DNA of 64,000 bases, from contig OZ024741.1 of assembly GCA_964016885.1 (NCBI GenBank), positions 401,884,001 to 401,948,000 of the forward strand. The letters are read 5' to 3'. The stretch's first letter is position 1. Each line of letters opens with the position of its first letter. The notes beneath the pieces were generated by a model, which searched no databases, was not told where the DNA came from, and saw only the letters and a program-made list of their open reading frames with translations. Both the position numbers and the translations under genes were made by a program. Origin of the DNA: Eledone cirrhosa. Its lineage: Eukaryota. Shown piece after piece: positions 38,828-52,487 of the stretch.

Positions 38828-39009
38828 ATAAAATAATACAAGGACGATTTTTTAAGCCTTCATTACGTTTATTGATTAGTGATATGCATATCGCTATTGA
38901 TCAGCTCAAGATTCGATCTGCATCGAACCATGAGCTGATCAATAGCGAAACATGCATCATAATCAATAAACGTAATGAAGGCTTAACAAATTGTCCTTGT
39001 ATTATTTAT
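38828..39009. repeat. 180-bp near-perfect palindrome (fold-back MITE)
   Basis: aataatacaaggac..aagccttcattacgtttattgatta..tcgctattgatcagctca mirrored by tgagctgatcaatagcga..taatcaataaacgtaatgaaggctt..gtccttgtattatt. Confidence 0.9.
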
Positions 39010-39472
39010 ATTACACTCTGTTTAGCTCTACACCTTGCCACTGACGTGAACCTAAACATGGAGTGCTCACCTGGGTGAACCTACAGTATCTTCACGTTAC
39101 ACTCACAGGATATATACATATATATATGTGACAACTGCATGTTATCAATATGGTGACAGATGAAAGGAACGAAAGAATACAGGACAGCCTCAAACTTTAA
39201 ATTCTACCATGTAACAGTAAAGCCTGAAATAGCCCTTTATCACATTTAGGTCAGCAGACTTCAGGAAATATATTTATATTAACAACTTAAAACCATAATT
39301 ACTTATATCACCAGCTTTGTGGCTATATGGTTGGTCTGATAACAGAGATAAAAATCATGTATTCAGTACATAGATAATATAAATGATACTTGAAAACTGA
39401 TAGGGTATTGAAGTGTGGGCAAAATAAAGAACAGCAACTTGATGCACATTAATAATAAGTATATGTACTGAT

Positions 39473-40500
39473 GGTGCCATGATAAAATGCACCCAGTTCA
39501 CACTGTAAGATAGTAGTGCTGGTGCCATGATAAAATGCAACCAGTTCACACTGTAAGGTGGTAGTGCTGGAGCCATGATAAAATGCACCCAGTTCACACT
39601 GTAAGGTGGTAGTGCTGGTGCCATGATAAAATGCAACCAGTTCACACTGTAAGGTGGTAGTGCTGGAGCCATGATAAAATGCAACCAGTTCACACTGTAA
39701 GGTGGTAGTGCTGGAGCCATGATAAAATGCAACCAGTTCACACTGTAAGATGGTAGTGCTGGTGCCATGATAAAATGCAACCAGTTCACACTGTAAGATA
39801 GTAGTGCTGGTGCCATGATAAAATGCACCCAGTTCACACTGTAAGGTGGTAGTGCTGGAGCCATGATAAAATGCAACCAGTTCACACTGTAAGATGGTAG
39901 TGCTGGTGCCATGATAAAATGCAACCAGTTCACACTGTAAGATGGTAATGTTGGAGCCATGATAAAATGCAACCAGTTCACACTGTAAGGTGGTAGTGTT
40001 GGAGCAATGATAAAATGCAACCAGTTCACACTGTAAGATGGTAGTGTTGGAGCCATGATAAAATGCAACCAGTTCACACTGTAAGGTGGTAGTGTTGGAG
40101 CAATGATAAAATGCAACCAGTTCACACTGTAAGATGGTAGTGTTGGAGCCATGATAAAATGCAACCAGTTCACACTGTAAGGTGGTAGTGTTGGAGCCAT
40201 GATAAAATGCATCCAGTCCACACTGTAAGGTGGTAATGTTGGAGCCATGATAAAATGCACCCAGTCAACACTGTAAGGTGGTAGTGTTGGAGCCATGATA
40301 AAATGCACCCAGTCCACACTGTAAGATAGTAGTGCTGGTGCCATGATAAAATGCAACCAGTTTACACTGTAAGATAGTAGTGCTGGTGCCATGATAAAAT
40401 GCACCCAGTCCACCTTGAAAGGCAGTAGTGCTGGTTTATTGCAGCCAATCCACACTGTAGGGTGGTAGCGCTGAAGTCAATAAAATGCACCCAGTACATG
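39473..40500. repeat. 48-bp minisatellite, about 21 units, running into a SINE/RTE tail (to about 40627)
   Basis: Unit ggtgccatgataaaatgcaaccagttcacactgtaaggtggtagtgct; gataaaatgc at 39481, 39721, 39961, 40201. Confidence 0.97.
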
Positions 40501-41006
40501 CTGTAAAGTAGGTGGCATTAGGAGGATATTCAGCTGCAGAAACCAAGCCAAAACATAATGTTTAAGCAAGACTTGGTCCAACCCATCTAAACATACAAGC
40601 ATGGAAAATAGATGTTAAACAGTGATGCCCAAAATGACTTTGTGAAATGAGTGTGGCTAGATTTGCCTCAGTAAAGCTGGTCTTAGAAGTCATCATAGAG
40701 GCTATGTACAAAGTGTTGCCAATTATGGTCTCTTTGACATTTCCCCCTATCGGAAGTATGGAAAACAATGTGCCTCAGCTGGTGGATCCCGTCCTTTGAA
40801 AATTACCAAAACAAAACAGGGAACCAAAGTGGAAGTTATGTTCATCACTCCAGCATATGCAGAAAAGAAGGTAAATCCTTGACAGAGCTTAAGAGTCATG
40901 TTCACGCCACCCAGGTATGAAAGGAGGATTAGGTGATGGTAATTTTTGAAATTGAGATGCAGCCATGGCCTCAGCCGGATGGCTGAAACAGGTAAAAGAG
41001 TAAAAG

Positions 41007-41037
<31 letters not shown>

Positions 41038-41109
41038 GTATGGATGCTAGGATGCATCCATAGGCGGTATGCCGGTTGAGCACTCTATGCTCCTTCAGAG
41101 CAGAGTATG

Positions 41110-41341
41110 ATAATATGGAAAACAAAGAATCAGTGATGCATCGGAACACAATTTATTACATATTACAATTGTTTCTCTGCCGAACAGCTCAAGGTGCGAT
41201 CTGTTTGCGGATCGAACCTGACTCTGGATTCGCAAGTTCCTCAGATACGTCTGGTGATTTTGAAGCAAATTATCTTTCTCAATTGTAATACATAATAAAT
41301 TGTGTTCCGATGCATTACTGATTCTTCGTTTTCCATATTAT
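41110..41341. mobile_element. MITE with about 60-bp TIRs
   Basis: ataatatggaaaac.aagaatcagt.atgcatcggaacacaatttatta is reverse-complemented at 41280-41341. Confidence 0.8.
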
Positions 41342-41999
41342 ATATATTGTTATAGTTGGGGAGGGTCATATTGTAATATTGCCAGAAATAATAACAGAAC
41401 ACACTCACTGTTTGGTTGGTTTTCGCTTCTGTATCTTTTAAATTTCCATAGTTAATTTATTTGGCAATCTATGTTTATCATTGATATGCTAGTGTGGAAG
41501 ATGGACGTTAAACGATGATGATGAACAATGATGATGACCAGCAGTTAAAAATACAGATATAAATATATATATATAGTCTATCAAAGTTCTTTCGTTGCAC
41601 ATCTGCAACATCATCAGTGGTACTATTGTATTGTAATGTAATATATATAAACATGTAGACCACTAAACTACTATATTAAAGACCTCTCCAGTCAGACTAC
41701 TATACTTAATTACCACATTACATACAAATCTACCAAATGATACGGGATGGCTTTAGCATCAGAAACCTTCGAAATGTAGTTCTATTTACCATTGATACCA
41801 GCACTGTCCCCTCTGTTTCTAACCTATACCTCAGCAGTTTTCTCCTACCTCAATACATATACACAGTCTCATACAGAGATAAGACACATCATCTCACTAT
41901 TCCACACACACACAGCTGCACAACTAAAACCCTACATCAGAAACTCACTTCCAAAACAAGAGACTGAAGGTAACCACTGAATAACCTATCACACATTTA

Positions 42000-42288
42000 A
42001 TAGGAATCCGAGGTGGTGTGCAGGAGAGAAAACTGCATTGGTTTGGATATTTGATACACATGGACCATGACTGATGGCTGAAGAAGTGCCAGGAAATGCC
42101 AATGGAAGGAAGTTGCAGTAGAAGACAACAAGTAAAGACCTGGGTAGAGGTTGTGAGAGCTGACCTCAAAATGCTGAAACTCACAGGAGAGATGACAAAG
42201 GAATGCTACATGTTGAGAGATGCCGTACTGTGAAGGACCCTTCCAACTCATGCAAACGTGGAAAATATGTAAAAACGATGATGATGAC
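42000..42288 (+). mobile_element. decayed RTE family 2 3' fragment
   Basis: Similar to 8000-8270. Confidence 0.75.
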
Positions 42289-43156
42289 ATAACACTAGAC
42301 AAATATACAGAGGACATTAGACACATCTCCAACAATCTTCAGTAGAGAAAGTAAAACAATTATCAAAGAAAGCAATAACAAGTACCACATCTGTCTCCAA
42401 CAAAAAAAACGATAGTGTAGAAGCAAAAGAGCAGACCCCATTCATGGGATCTGCAAGGCAGGGTTGACAATCTCAGACCCCTTCCATGGAATCTGAAAGG
42501 CTGGGTTGACACAACCTACATACAAAACTAAAATAGCGAGCTCCACATAGCAAATGTATAGACAACTCTGATAACTACAAAAAATACTAAGAGCGAAAGT
42601 TCAGTTGGATATGTGAAGGGCACTATTACTACAGTAAGTTTCAGTCCCCTACAGTTCCTGCTACTATACAAAACATCTCCAAACATTCAAACATTAAGAC
42701 AATACCCTAAACAGTTTCTCCCATTCAGCCCAGATATATAATAAAAAAAACAAAGTATGCATGAGCTCCCAAATCTATTAAAATGAATCCCACAAATAAC
42801 TAGAATTTACAAACCAAGTCTAGATTGACATTCATATCGTCAGAATGTGCAGTATAGTTAGACTAGACAAATGTAGGTTACAACACCTAGTTTAGTCAGG
42901 TCAGGCCAGCCAGTCAGTAGACTACTAGCATGCTATAGGTCTACACAACCACAGTTGAACTGGGGTGAGGGGGGGGGGGGGGTATCTACACAACAATAGT
43001 ATACTAAAGCTGCTGTTATAGCATAGGCAATAACTAATACAAGAGTTGACTAGTAGAGTTGGTATTTATGGAACTAAATAGCCAGAGATTAACTTCCATT
43101 TTGGGGACATTAGACAGTAAAAACAAATAAAAATAAAATAAACTAAAAATACTGAC

Positions 43157-43232
43157 CTGGCTTATAATAGAATCTAATCCACTGGCACCCCATGCATAAT
43201 CTGCTGGGTTAGCATGAAGAGGAAATATGTTT
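43157..43232 (-). CDS. RNF115/RNF126-like: RNF115/RNF126-like exon (NIFPLHANPADYAWGASGLDSIISQ)
   Basis: Acceptor ttcttcctttcag, donor GTCAGT; 76 nt; carries the family hallmark H.NP.DYAWG..GLD.I..Q. Confidence 0.95.
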
Positions 43233-43339
43233 CTGAAAGGAAGAAAACATAAACAACATTATATATATAAAATGCTATTTCAAATTAATAAGTGATTATG
43301 GCAAACATTAAATTTAGCAGAATGACAATTGAAATAAAT

Positions 43340-43650
43340 GACAAGATGGTGTCTGAGCAGCCTGATTTAAACACTAAATATCGATGGCAATGGAAATGGG
43401 CAACAAGATCCCAAACCTCACTCGCTTACCAAGTGGGGCGGGCTGTGCCAAATGTTTCCATTGGCCTTACTATTCCTGATACTATCTTCCAGTCGCAACT
43501 GCTGACAGGGTACACTAAATATAGAAGAACTAGAGGGCAGCAAAAAGCAAGATGGTGCGACAAGCTGACCCGATACCTCAGGCCCACATGGCCAGATATA
43601 GGAAGTGGTGGAGGTTAACAGGAGTGAGAAAAGCCTGGATTGGGATTTGA
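43340..43650 (+). mobile_element. decayed LINE C-terminal fragment (another RTE-like family)
   Basis: WKWA...RRTRG..KARWCD.L....W pattern. Confidence 0.45.
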
Positions 43651-44899
43651 ATAGGGTACATTACATGAGTCTCAGTGATTTGAGATCAGCTCTCACAACC
43701 TCTGCCCAGATCTTTCTTGGTCTACCTCTACTGTGGCTTCCTTCCACTGGCATTTTCTGGCACTAATATATATTCCTGGACATTTATATATAAATTATTT
43801 CTTATCCCCCACACCAGTTGTATTTTAAAATAGATTTATCAGACATGTAAATTCTACATTCAATATTTCTCTCGTAGAATTTTTTAATTTATAGAAATGC
43901 ATTTTCATAACAGCTGTGTAGTCTGCGTTTCTGTACATTTATATCATCATCATCATCACCATTTTACGTCCATTCTTCCACGCCAGCATGGGTTAGACAG
44001 GTTGTCCTGTTGTGGACAATGCCAGGTCAGGTGACCGTGTCTTGCCCATATGGAACTGATTTTGGCTTGATTTCTACAGCTGGATGTCTTCCTAACAACA
44101 ACCTCATTTACAGTGAGTACTGGGTGCTTTATTACCGTGGCACCTCCACTTTACAGTGTGGACCAGGTGATTTTTGTCACAACACCTACATGGCCACTTT
44201 ACAGTGGGAGAGAGGTGGGGCGGCATACTGTATATATGCTTCAGCTTCGGCTTGTACCTGTGGGAAGTCAGGTCTTCTGTATTACTACGTAACGCTAGAG
44301 GTCTTGGTCCTGCGTAAATTTGAAAGGTGCAATTTGGGCAAGGTCAACTTTTATCACCTCATCCCAGGTCTTCTTAGGTCTCCCCACTCGAAGGATTCCA
44401 TTGACTTTTAATGCTCTGCACCTTTTTATGCAGCTGTCAACCTTCATACACATCACATGTCCATACCAACGCAACCTCCTCTCCTGCACACAGCATTTAC
44501 ATTTATATATAAAATATATTTGATATTTCTCTCTTGCCCCGTATGATTTTGAAATAGATTTATCCTGGAACCTAGTCTCTTCCTCATTTGCTGCCCGCCC
44601 ACTCCGACGTACTACATACATCTAGACCAATCAAACGACAATAACACCAATTATCTTCAAATTTAACTCTAGCATCACAATCACTACTACTATCACTAAT
44701 ATAAGATATGAGTTCAGTGTGTTTTAGTTGGACTGTGTGGTGGCTGGACTTCAGGGTTTGAAAATGTCTTTCTGGCATGAATCTATTTTAATGCACGTGA
44801 CCAAGTGAACCTTCTTTATTTCAGCCATGGAAAGCTGGCACCAACCACAATACAGATTCCACCTTCCTTCCAAAACCCCTATCATCTTTTTTCCAGCAA

Positions 44900-47800
44900 A
44901 CTCCAAAACTTCAGAGCTTCAGCCATTAATATAGGCATAATGAGAAGATCAGGAGAGATTGTAGAGATGTTAGAGCGAGTAGATGTGTGTAGAAGAGACT
45001 AGGTGGTGGGGAAGATCAGCTAGACTCCTTGTAGGTAATGATGTTGGGTGGGAATTGATTAATGGTTAAGTGGAGTAGGTATTCTGTTAGCAGAAAAATG
45101 GGTAATGTTATCACAGTCAACAGGGCTAATGACAGAATCATTAAACTCAGGATGGTCCTAGATAGAACGAATGTGACAATTATATCTGCATATGCACCAC
45201 ATTCAGGACTGCTAGACAGACTAAAAGCAGACTTCTATGAACCCTATGAATCCCTAATACAGACTACTTCTCTAGTGAAAGAGAAAAAAGTATTAATCAT
45301 AGCAGGAGACTTTAATGGACATGTTGGGCAACACAGTGATGGCTTCTGCAAGGTACACATTACGCAGTACTGCCGAAGACCCACCTTCCCATGTGGCATT
45401 ACACAGTACTGCCGAAGACCCACCTTCCCATGTGGCATTACACAGTACTGCCGAAGACCCACCTTCCCCTGTGGCATTACACAGTACTGCCGAAGACCCA
45501 CCTTCCCATGTGGCATTACACAGTACTGCCGAAGACCCACCTTCCCCTGTGGCATTACACAGTACTGCTGAAGACCCACCTCCCCATGTGGCATTACACA
45601 GTACTGCCGAAGACCGACCTCCCCATGTGGCATTACACAGTACTGCCGAAGACCCACCTTCCCATGTGGCATTACACAGTACTGCCGAAGACCCACCTTC
45701 CCCTGTGGCATTACACAGTACTGCAGAAGACCCACCTCCCCATGTGGCATTACACAGTACTGCCGAAGACCGACCTCCCCATGTGGCATTACACAGTACT
45801 GCCGAAGACCCACCTTCCCCTGTGGCATTACACAGTACTGCCGAAGACCCACCTTCCCATGTGGCATTACACAGTACTGCCGAAGACCCACCTTCCCATG
45901 TGGCATTACACAGTACTGCCGAAGACCCACCTTCCCCTGTGGCATTACACAGTACTGCCGAAGACCCACCTTCCCCTGTGGCATTACACAGTACTGCCGA
46001 AGACCCACCTTCCCATGTGGCATTACACAGTACTGCCGAAGACCCACCTTCCCCTGTGGCATTACACAGTACTGCAGAAGACCCACCTCCCCATGTGGCA
46101 TTACACAGTACTGCCGAAGACCGACCTCCCCATGTGGCATTACACAGTACTGCCGAAGACCCACCTTCCCCTGTGGCATTACACAGTACTGCCGAAGACC
46201 CACCTTCCCATGTGGCATTACACAGTACTGCCGAAGACCCACCTTCCCATGTGGCATTACACAGTACTGCCGAAGACCCACCTTCCCCTGTGGCATTACA
46301 CAGTACTGCCGAAGACCCACCTTCCCCTGTGGCATTACACAGTACTGCCGAAGACCCACCTTCCCATGTGGCATTACACAGTACTGCCGAAGACCCACCT
46401 TCCCCTGTGGCATTACACAGTACTGCCGAAGACCCACCTTCCCCTGTGGCATTACACAGTACTGCAGAAGACCGACCTCCCCATGTGGCATTACACAGTA
46501 CTGCCGAAGACCCACCTTCCCCTGTGGCATTACACAGTACTGCAGAAGACCCACCTCCCCATGTGGCATTACACAGTACTGCCGAAGATCCACCTCCCCA
46601 TGTGGCATTACACAGTACTGCCGAAGACCCACCTTCCCATGTGGCATTACACAGTACTGCAGAAGATCCACCTCCCCATGTGGCATTACACAGTACTGCC
46701 GAAGACCCACCTTCCCCTGTGGCATTACACAGTACTGCTGAAGACCCACCTTCCCATGTGGCATTACACAGTACTGCCGAAGACCGACCTCCCCATGTGG
46801 CATTACACAGTACTGCCGAAGACCCACCTTCCCATGTGGCATTACACAGTACTGCAGAAGATCCACCTCCCCATGTGGCATTACACAGTACTGCCGAAGA
46901 CCCACCTTCCCATGTGGCATTACACAGTACTGCAGAAGATCCACCTCCCCATGTGGCATTACACAGTACTGCCGAAGACCCACCTTCCCCTGTGGCATTA
47001 CACAGTACTGCTGAAGACCCACCTTCCCATGTGGCATTACACAGTACTGCCGAAGACCGACCTCCCCATGTGGCATTACACAGTACTGCCGAAGACCCAC
47101 CTTCCCATGTGGCATTACACAGTACTGCAGAAGATCCACCTCCCCATGTGGCATTACACAGTACTGCCGAAGACCCACCTTCCCATGTGGCATTACACAG
47201 TACTGCAGAAGATCCACCTCCCCATGTGGCATTACACAGTACTGCCGAAGACCCACCTTCCCCTGTGGCATTACACAGTACTGCTGAAGACCCACCTTCC
47301 CATGTGGCATTACACAGTACTGCCGAAGACCGACCTCCCCATGTGGCATTACACAGTACTGCCGAAGACCCACCTTCCCATGTGGCATTACACAGTACTG
47401 CAGAAGATCCACCTCCCCATGTGGCATTACACAGTACTGCCGAAGACCCACCTTCCCATGTGGCATTACACAGTACTGCAGAAGACCCACCTCCCCATGT
47501 GGCATTACACAGTACTGCCGAAGACCCACCTTCCCATGTGGCATTACACAGTACTGCAGAAGACCCACCTTCCCATGTGGCATTACACAGTGCTGCTGAA
47601 GACCCACCTTCCCATGTGGCATTACACAGTGCTGCCAAAGACCCACCTTCCCATGTGGCATTACACAGTACTGCCGAAGACCCACCTTCCCATGTGGCAT
47701 TACAGTGCTGCTGAAGACCCACCTTCCCATGTGGCATTACACAGTGCTGCCAAAGACCCACCTTCCCATGTGGCATTACACAGTACTGCTGAAGACCCAC

Positions 47801-49142
47801 CTTCCCATGTGGCATTACACAGTACTGCTGAAGACCCACCTTCCCATGTGGCATTACACAGTACTGCATAAGACCCACCTCCCCATGTGGCATTACAGTG
47901 CTGCAAAAGACCCACCTTCCCATGTGGCATTACACAGTACTGCCGAAGACCCACCTTCCCATGTGGCATTACACAGTACTGCTGAAGACCCACCTTCCCA
48001 TGTGGCATTACACAGTACTGCTGAAGACCCACCTTCCCATGTGGCATTACACAGTACTGCAGAAGACCCACCTCCCCATGTGGCATTACAGTGCTGCAAA
48101 AGACCCACCTTCCCATGTGGCATTACACAGTACTGCTGAAGACCCACCTTCCCATGTGGCATTACACAGTACTGCAGAAGACCCACCTCCCCATGTGGCA
48201 TTACAGTGCTGCAAAAGACCCACCTTCCCATGTGGCATTACACAGTACTGCTGAACACCTACCTTCCCATGTGGCATTACACAGTACTGCTGAAGACCCA
48301 CCTTCCCATGTGGCATTACACAGTACTGCAGAAGACCCACCTCCCCATGTGGCATTACAGTGCTGCAAAAGACCCACCTTCCCATGTGGCATTACACAGT
48401 ACTGCTGAACACCTACCTTCCCATGTGGCATTACACAATACTGCAGAAGACCCACCTCCCCATGTGCACCAGATGAAACAAACACTAGTCTGCCCCAATC
48501 TTCGCCCTGCCCCACCCGTCTTAATACCTCCCCACATCAGCTAAATATCCCACTCCCCTTATCCATGTCCAACTTGCATACTCCCTCCCAACCCTTACCT
48601 TCCCCACCATTGATACACCTATTTAGTCCAACCAATACATGCAAGCATGGGAAGCTGGACATGCTCCACATCTGATCTCCCACAATGTTGTTGCCACGAG
48701 AAAAACACTAAGTCCAGTCTGTATGGTGAGCTGGTGCCACAACAAAAGCACAGTCTACCCTATATAAGTCACGTCAGTGACACAAAAATAAAACACCCAG
48801 TCCACTCTGTAAGGTGGTTGTGTTGGGAACATGAGAAAAAGCAGCCAGTCCAGCCTGTAAGACGCTCATGTTGGTGACACAATGAAAACAAATAACCCAG
48901 TACTGTGATTATGCTGACGGCACGACAAAATACAGCCAGTTCACCCTAAATGATTGTTTTGGTACCACAATGAAAAAGTAGCCAATCCACACTGTAGGTT
49001 AATATTAGGAAGGACATCCATTTGTAGAAACCAAGCCAAAATACAGATCTGTATGAGCAAGACGTGGTCACCTGACCTGACTTGTTTCATAACGTAAAAA
49101 CTTGTCTAAACCATGCAAGCATGGAAAAATAGACATATGATG
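44900..49142 (+). mobile_element. internally deleted RTE: endonuclease remnant + amplified last codons + 3'UTR/tail
   Basis: EIVEMLER..NDRIIKLR..ISAYAPHSG..IIAGDFNGHVG up to 45357; then the array; then 3'UTR-like sequence ending gcaagcatggaaaaatagacatatgatgat. Confidence 0.75.
45358..48466. repeat. 39-bp minisatellite, about 80 units, with higher-order structure
   Basis: Unit cattacacagtactgccgaagacccaccttcccatgtgg. Confidence 0.98.
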
Positions 49143-49400
49143 ATATATATAAGACAATAAAACTCCATTTTTCTACTTTGTTAGAATATAAAATTGGTTA
49201 ATTCCTAGAGCAAGAATCATACAATTATTTAACAAACAACATTCATTTTAATTTTGATAGTATTATTTGCAGATAGACTGACTTTTTATATTTTATGAAG
49301 TTTACACCATTTAACTTAAAGAAATAAAGATGATGGCATTGGTTAAACTATTCTAATTTCTAATGAATAAATATGAAATTATTTTAATATATATACTTAC

Positions 49401-49457
49401 AACATTCCAGTATTTGGCATTTCTGTTTGCAAAGGACTAATAAATTGGAATAATAGC
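49401..49457 (-). CDS. RNF115/RNF126-like: RNF115/RNF126-like exon (LLFQFISPLQTEMPNTGM-L)
   Basis: Acceptor ttttgttttcag, donor GTAAGT; 57 nt, phase 2 to 2; joins both neighbours in frame. Confidence 0.85.
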
Positions 49458-49520
49458 CTGAAAACAAAATTTACAGAATTTAAAAACAAACAATTATAAT
49501 TATAAAAAAAAACATTAACA

Positions 49521-49728
49521 AAATTCATTGATAATTAAGATGATCAAATTCATTGATTAATAAAATGATCAAAACATTGATAGTTAAGATGATCAAATTC
49601 ATTGATTAATAAAATGATCAAATTCATTGATTAATAAAATGATCAAATTCATTGATTAATAAAATGATCAAAACATTGATTAATAAAATGATCAAATTCA
49701 TTGATTAATAATAAAATCAAAACATTGA
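49521..49728. repeat. 25-bp tandem repeat, about 8 units
   Basis: Unit aaattcattgattaataaaatgatc. Confidence 0.9.
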
Positions 49729-52015
49729 GATAAGGTAAATAAATAGATCAAAGTTTAATGACTGAAATGTACTCAAAAACATCAATCTTCTAAAAGCTAC
49801 TAAGGACTCTTCAGCTGTGTTAACACAACCTCTTCCTAGTGTTGGTGATCTACAAGATAAGGGGTTGCAAATAGGGAGGGCACCCAACCATAGAAAGATT
49901 GCTAACGAAAGGGTCAGAAGGACTCTTCAGTTGAGTTAATGGCACAGCAACCTCCTACAGTTGGTGATCTACATGATAAACACACCCAGTACACACTGTG
50001 AAATGGTTGCTGATAAGGAGGGCACCCAACCAATAGAAAGATTGCTAGACAAAAGATAAGGACTTTTCAGTTGTGTCAAAGACAACCTCCCTTGTGCTGG
50101 TACCATGATAAAATGCACTCGGCAGAGCACGGGAAAATATGTAAGCAAGATGTAAGGCCTGTCTATCTGAGAGGCCAGTAGCCCCACTTAAATAGTGACT
50201 TGGTCTGTAAAGACCTGTCCAACCCTTACTAAGCAGGGAACGATGTTAAATGATGAGGAAGAAACTGTTAGTAATGTTCTGTTGTGACATTATATCCTAA
50301 TATCAATATATCTCAGGAAAGAAATATATTTGTTGACACTAATCTCTAGGATGTACTAAAAAAGTTGAAAGTCTGTCTCAAATCTGGAGGCTCATCAGGC
50401 TGCTGGTGTTTATCCTGGTTTCCATGGTGTTAAGTGACTGAGAGCACATGACTTCCCCCTGGACATGACACCAGTCCATCACAGGGTTAAACCCCCAGTT
50501 ATTGCTGGTACTCATTTTCAGCTGAGTATACTGGAACAATGTGAAATGAACTGTTTTGCTCAAGAACAACACACAACCCAGTCCAAGAATCAAACTGATG
50601 CCATTATCATCATACATCCAACACCTTTACCACTAGGCCATGCTTCTCTGGATTGTATCCCTTATTAAAAAAAAAAAAACTACATCCTTCTGTTATATAT
50701 CTAGTTGAATTAAAATTTTCTGATATTGACTAATTTTACAATTACTAACTTTTGCAACATATAAAAAAAACAATTCTGAATTGAAAGTGCTCCAATTTTA
50801 GTCCTCACACAAACATTAGTTGTTTAGCCCCAACTCAGTCCGAATGAAACAGACTTGTAATCAAAGGTCTAACAGCTACGACCATCACATGTATCTACTA
50901 CTATATAATAAAGTACTATTAAAACATATCTACAAATATAAATGACTACCATGAATTTCATCATCATCATCGTTTAATGTCTATCTTCCACGCTAGCATG
51001 GGTTAGACGGGAATTGTCCCACTTGAGGCAAGATTGGTTGGGTGACTGTGTCTCGCTCATATAGGACTATCTGGCAGGTTTACTACAGCTGGATGCCCTT
51101 CCTTACACCAACCACATTTTCAGTGTGGACTGGGAGCTTTTTACCATGTTACCTACACGACCACATTACAGCGTGGACTGTGATTTTTGTCGTGACATCT
51201 ACACAACATCATTAGTTTGGACTGGATGTTGTAGTACCAACATAACTTTACAGAGAAAGGGTGGTGTTGGTGGGAGTGGGAGGATGGAGTAGGGGTAGTG
51301 GGTTGGGTGTATATTTGGTTAAGAGGTGCCTACTGACTGTAGGCATTTACCTACATATACCTAGTATATGGCAGTGAATTGGCAGAGTCGTTTGAATGCC
51401 AGAATACTTTGATATTCATTTCAGCTCTCTGCTTTTTGTGTTCGAATCCTGCCATGGTGAACTTTGCCTTTCATCCATTTGAGGTTGATAAAAAAAGTAC
51501 CAGTCAAGTACTGGAATCAATTTTTCCTCCATATCTCAATCTCACTTCCATTCTCCCACTTTAAAAGAAATCTGCTGGAGAGGAAATGGGCTCTGCCAGG
51601 TTTAAAGATGCCCTAGAAACACCAAATATCAATATGGCACACTCAGGAATTACAGGTCCATACCATACATATCTCATGAACAAGTACACAACTTCAGAAG
51701 TGGAAGGGTTTACTAAAAGAACTGTGACACTTTCTCACCTCCTCCATAACATTGGAATGATAGCAACCCGTCTGAGGAAGGAGCCCTGTGAGGTGGGGTC
51801 ACTGGGCATTGTCCACGGGGCGAAGCCAAAACATCACTCTGACCTAGATATAGAATCTAGTCACCGCTTTTCTCCGTTCCCTTATCTAATAGTCCTTGCT
51901 CTCCCCTCTCCTTTATGACATTTATAGTTCTTTCCAATACTACTTTCTTTTTCTCTATATTTGACCAATTTATAGTTATATCAACAATAAATAAATAAAT
52001 TCTTAAAAAAATATA

Positions 52016-52469
52016 TTAAACCTTTTGATACCAACCCACTGAAACCCTCGCCTCTGCTTCTATGGAATAAAACCACTTATTTTAAAGGGTTCTTATTTAA
52101 CAGCCCGCAACAGCTTCGAGGGTACTAATGAAATTTGTTAAAAGAATTTAACACGGTCTCTGATGTTGCATAATGCACCTAAAACTGAAGGTGAAAGATT
52201 AGTCAGAATATGAACTTCACGGCGAGCTCCACCGATTTCCAAGGTATTTAGGGACTGGGCAATGATTGGTCAGTGGGAAAAATTCAAAAGTACCTTCGAT
52301 GGTGTCATGGACTATAAATTAAAATCTTCCAACATCATTTTTATACGAGAATCTTTTGTTATATTACAAATATCACCTTAATAAAGAAACAAGTTTATCA
52401 AATCATTCCAAATTTTCCGTTAATTTAATACAATGTATTTTATTAGAAATATGGTAACGAAAGGGTTAA
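52016..52469. mobile_element. TTAA-flanked MITE beside an exon donor
   Basis: ttaaaccttttgatacca ... tggtaacgaaagggttaa; partial relative at about 55365-55500. Confidence 0.55.
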
Positions 52470-52487
52470 ATAACATTAGATATTTAC

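Noticed and set aside
39355-40455. 366-aa repetitive ORF
   Set aside because: Artefact of the 48-bp tandem unit.
45244-48544. 800+ aa repetitive ORFs in several frames on both strands
   Set aside because: Artefact of a 39-bp unit (multiple of 3) that lacks stops in most frames; intronic and LINE-derived.
51586-51918. 110-aa ORF
   Set aside because: No recognisable motif; possibly an old repeat fragment, but unsupported.
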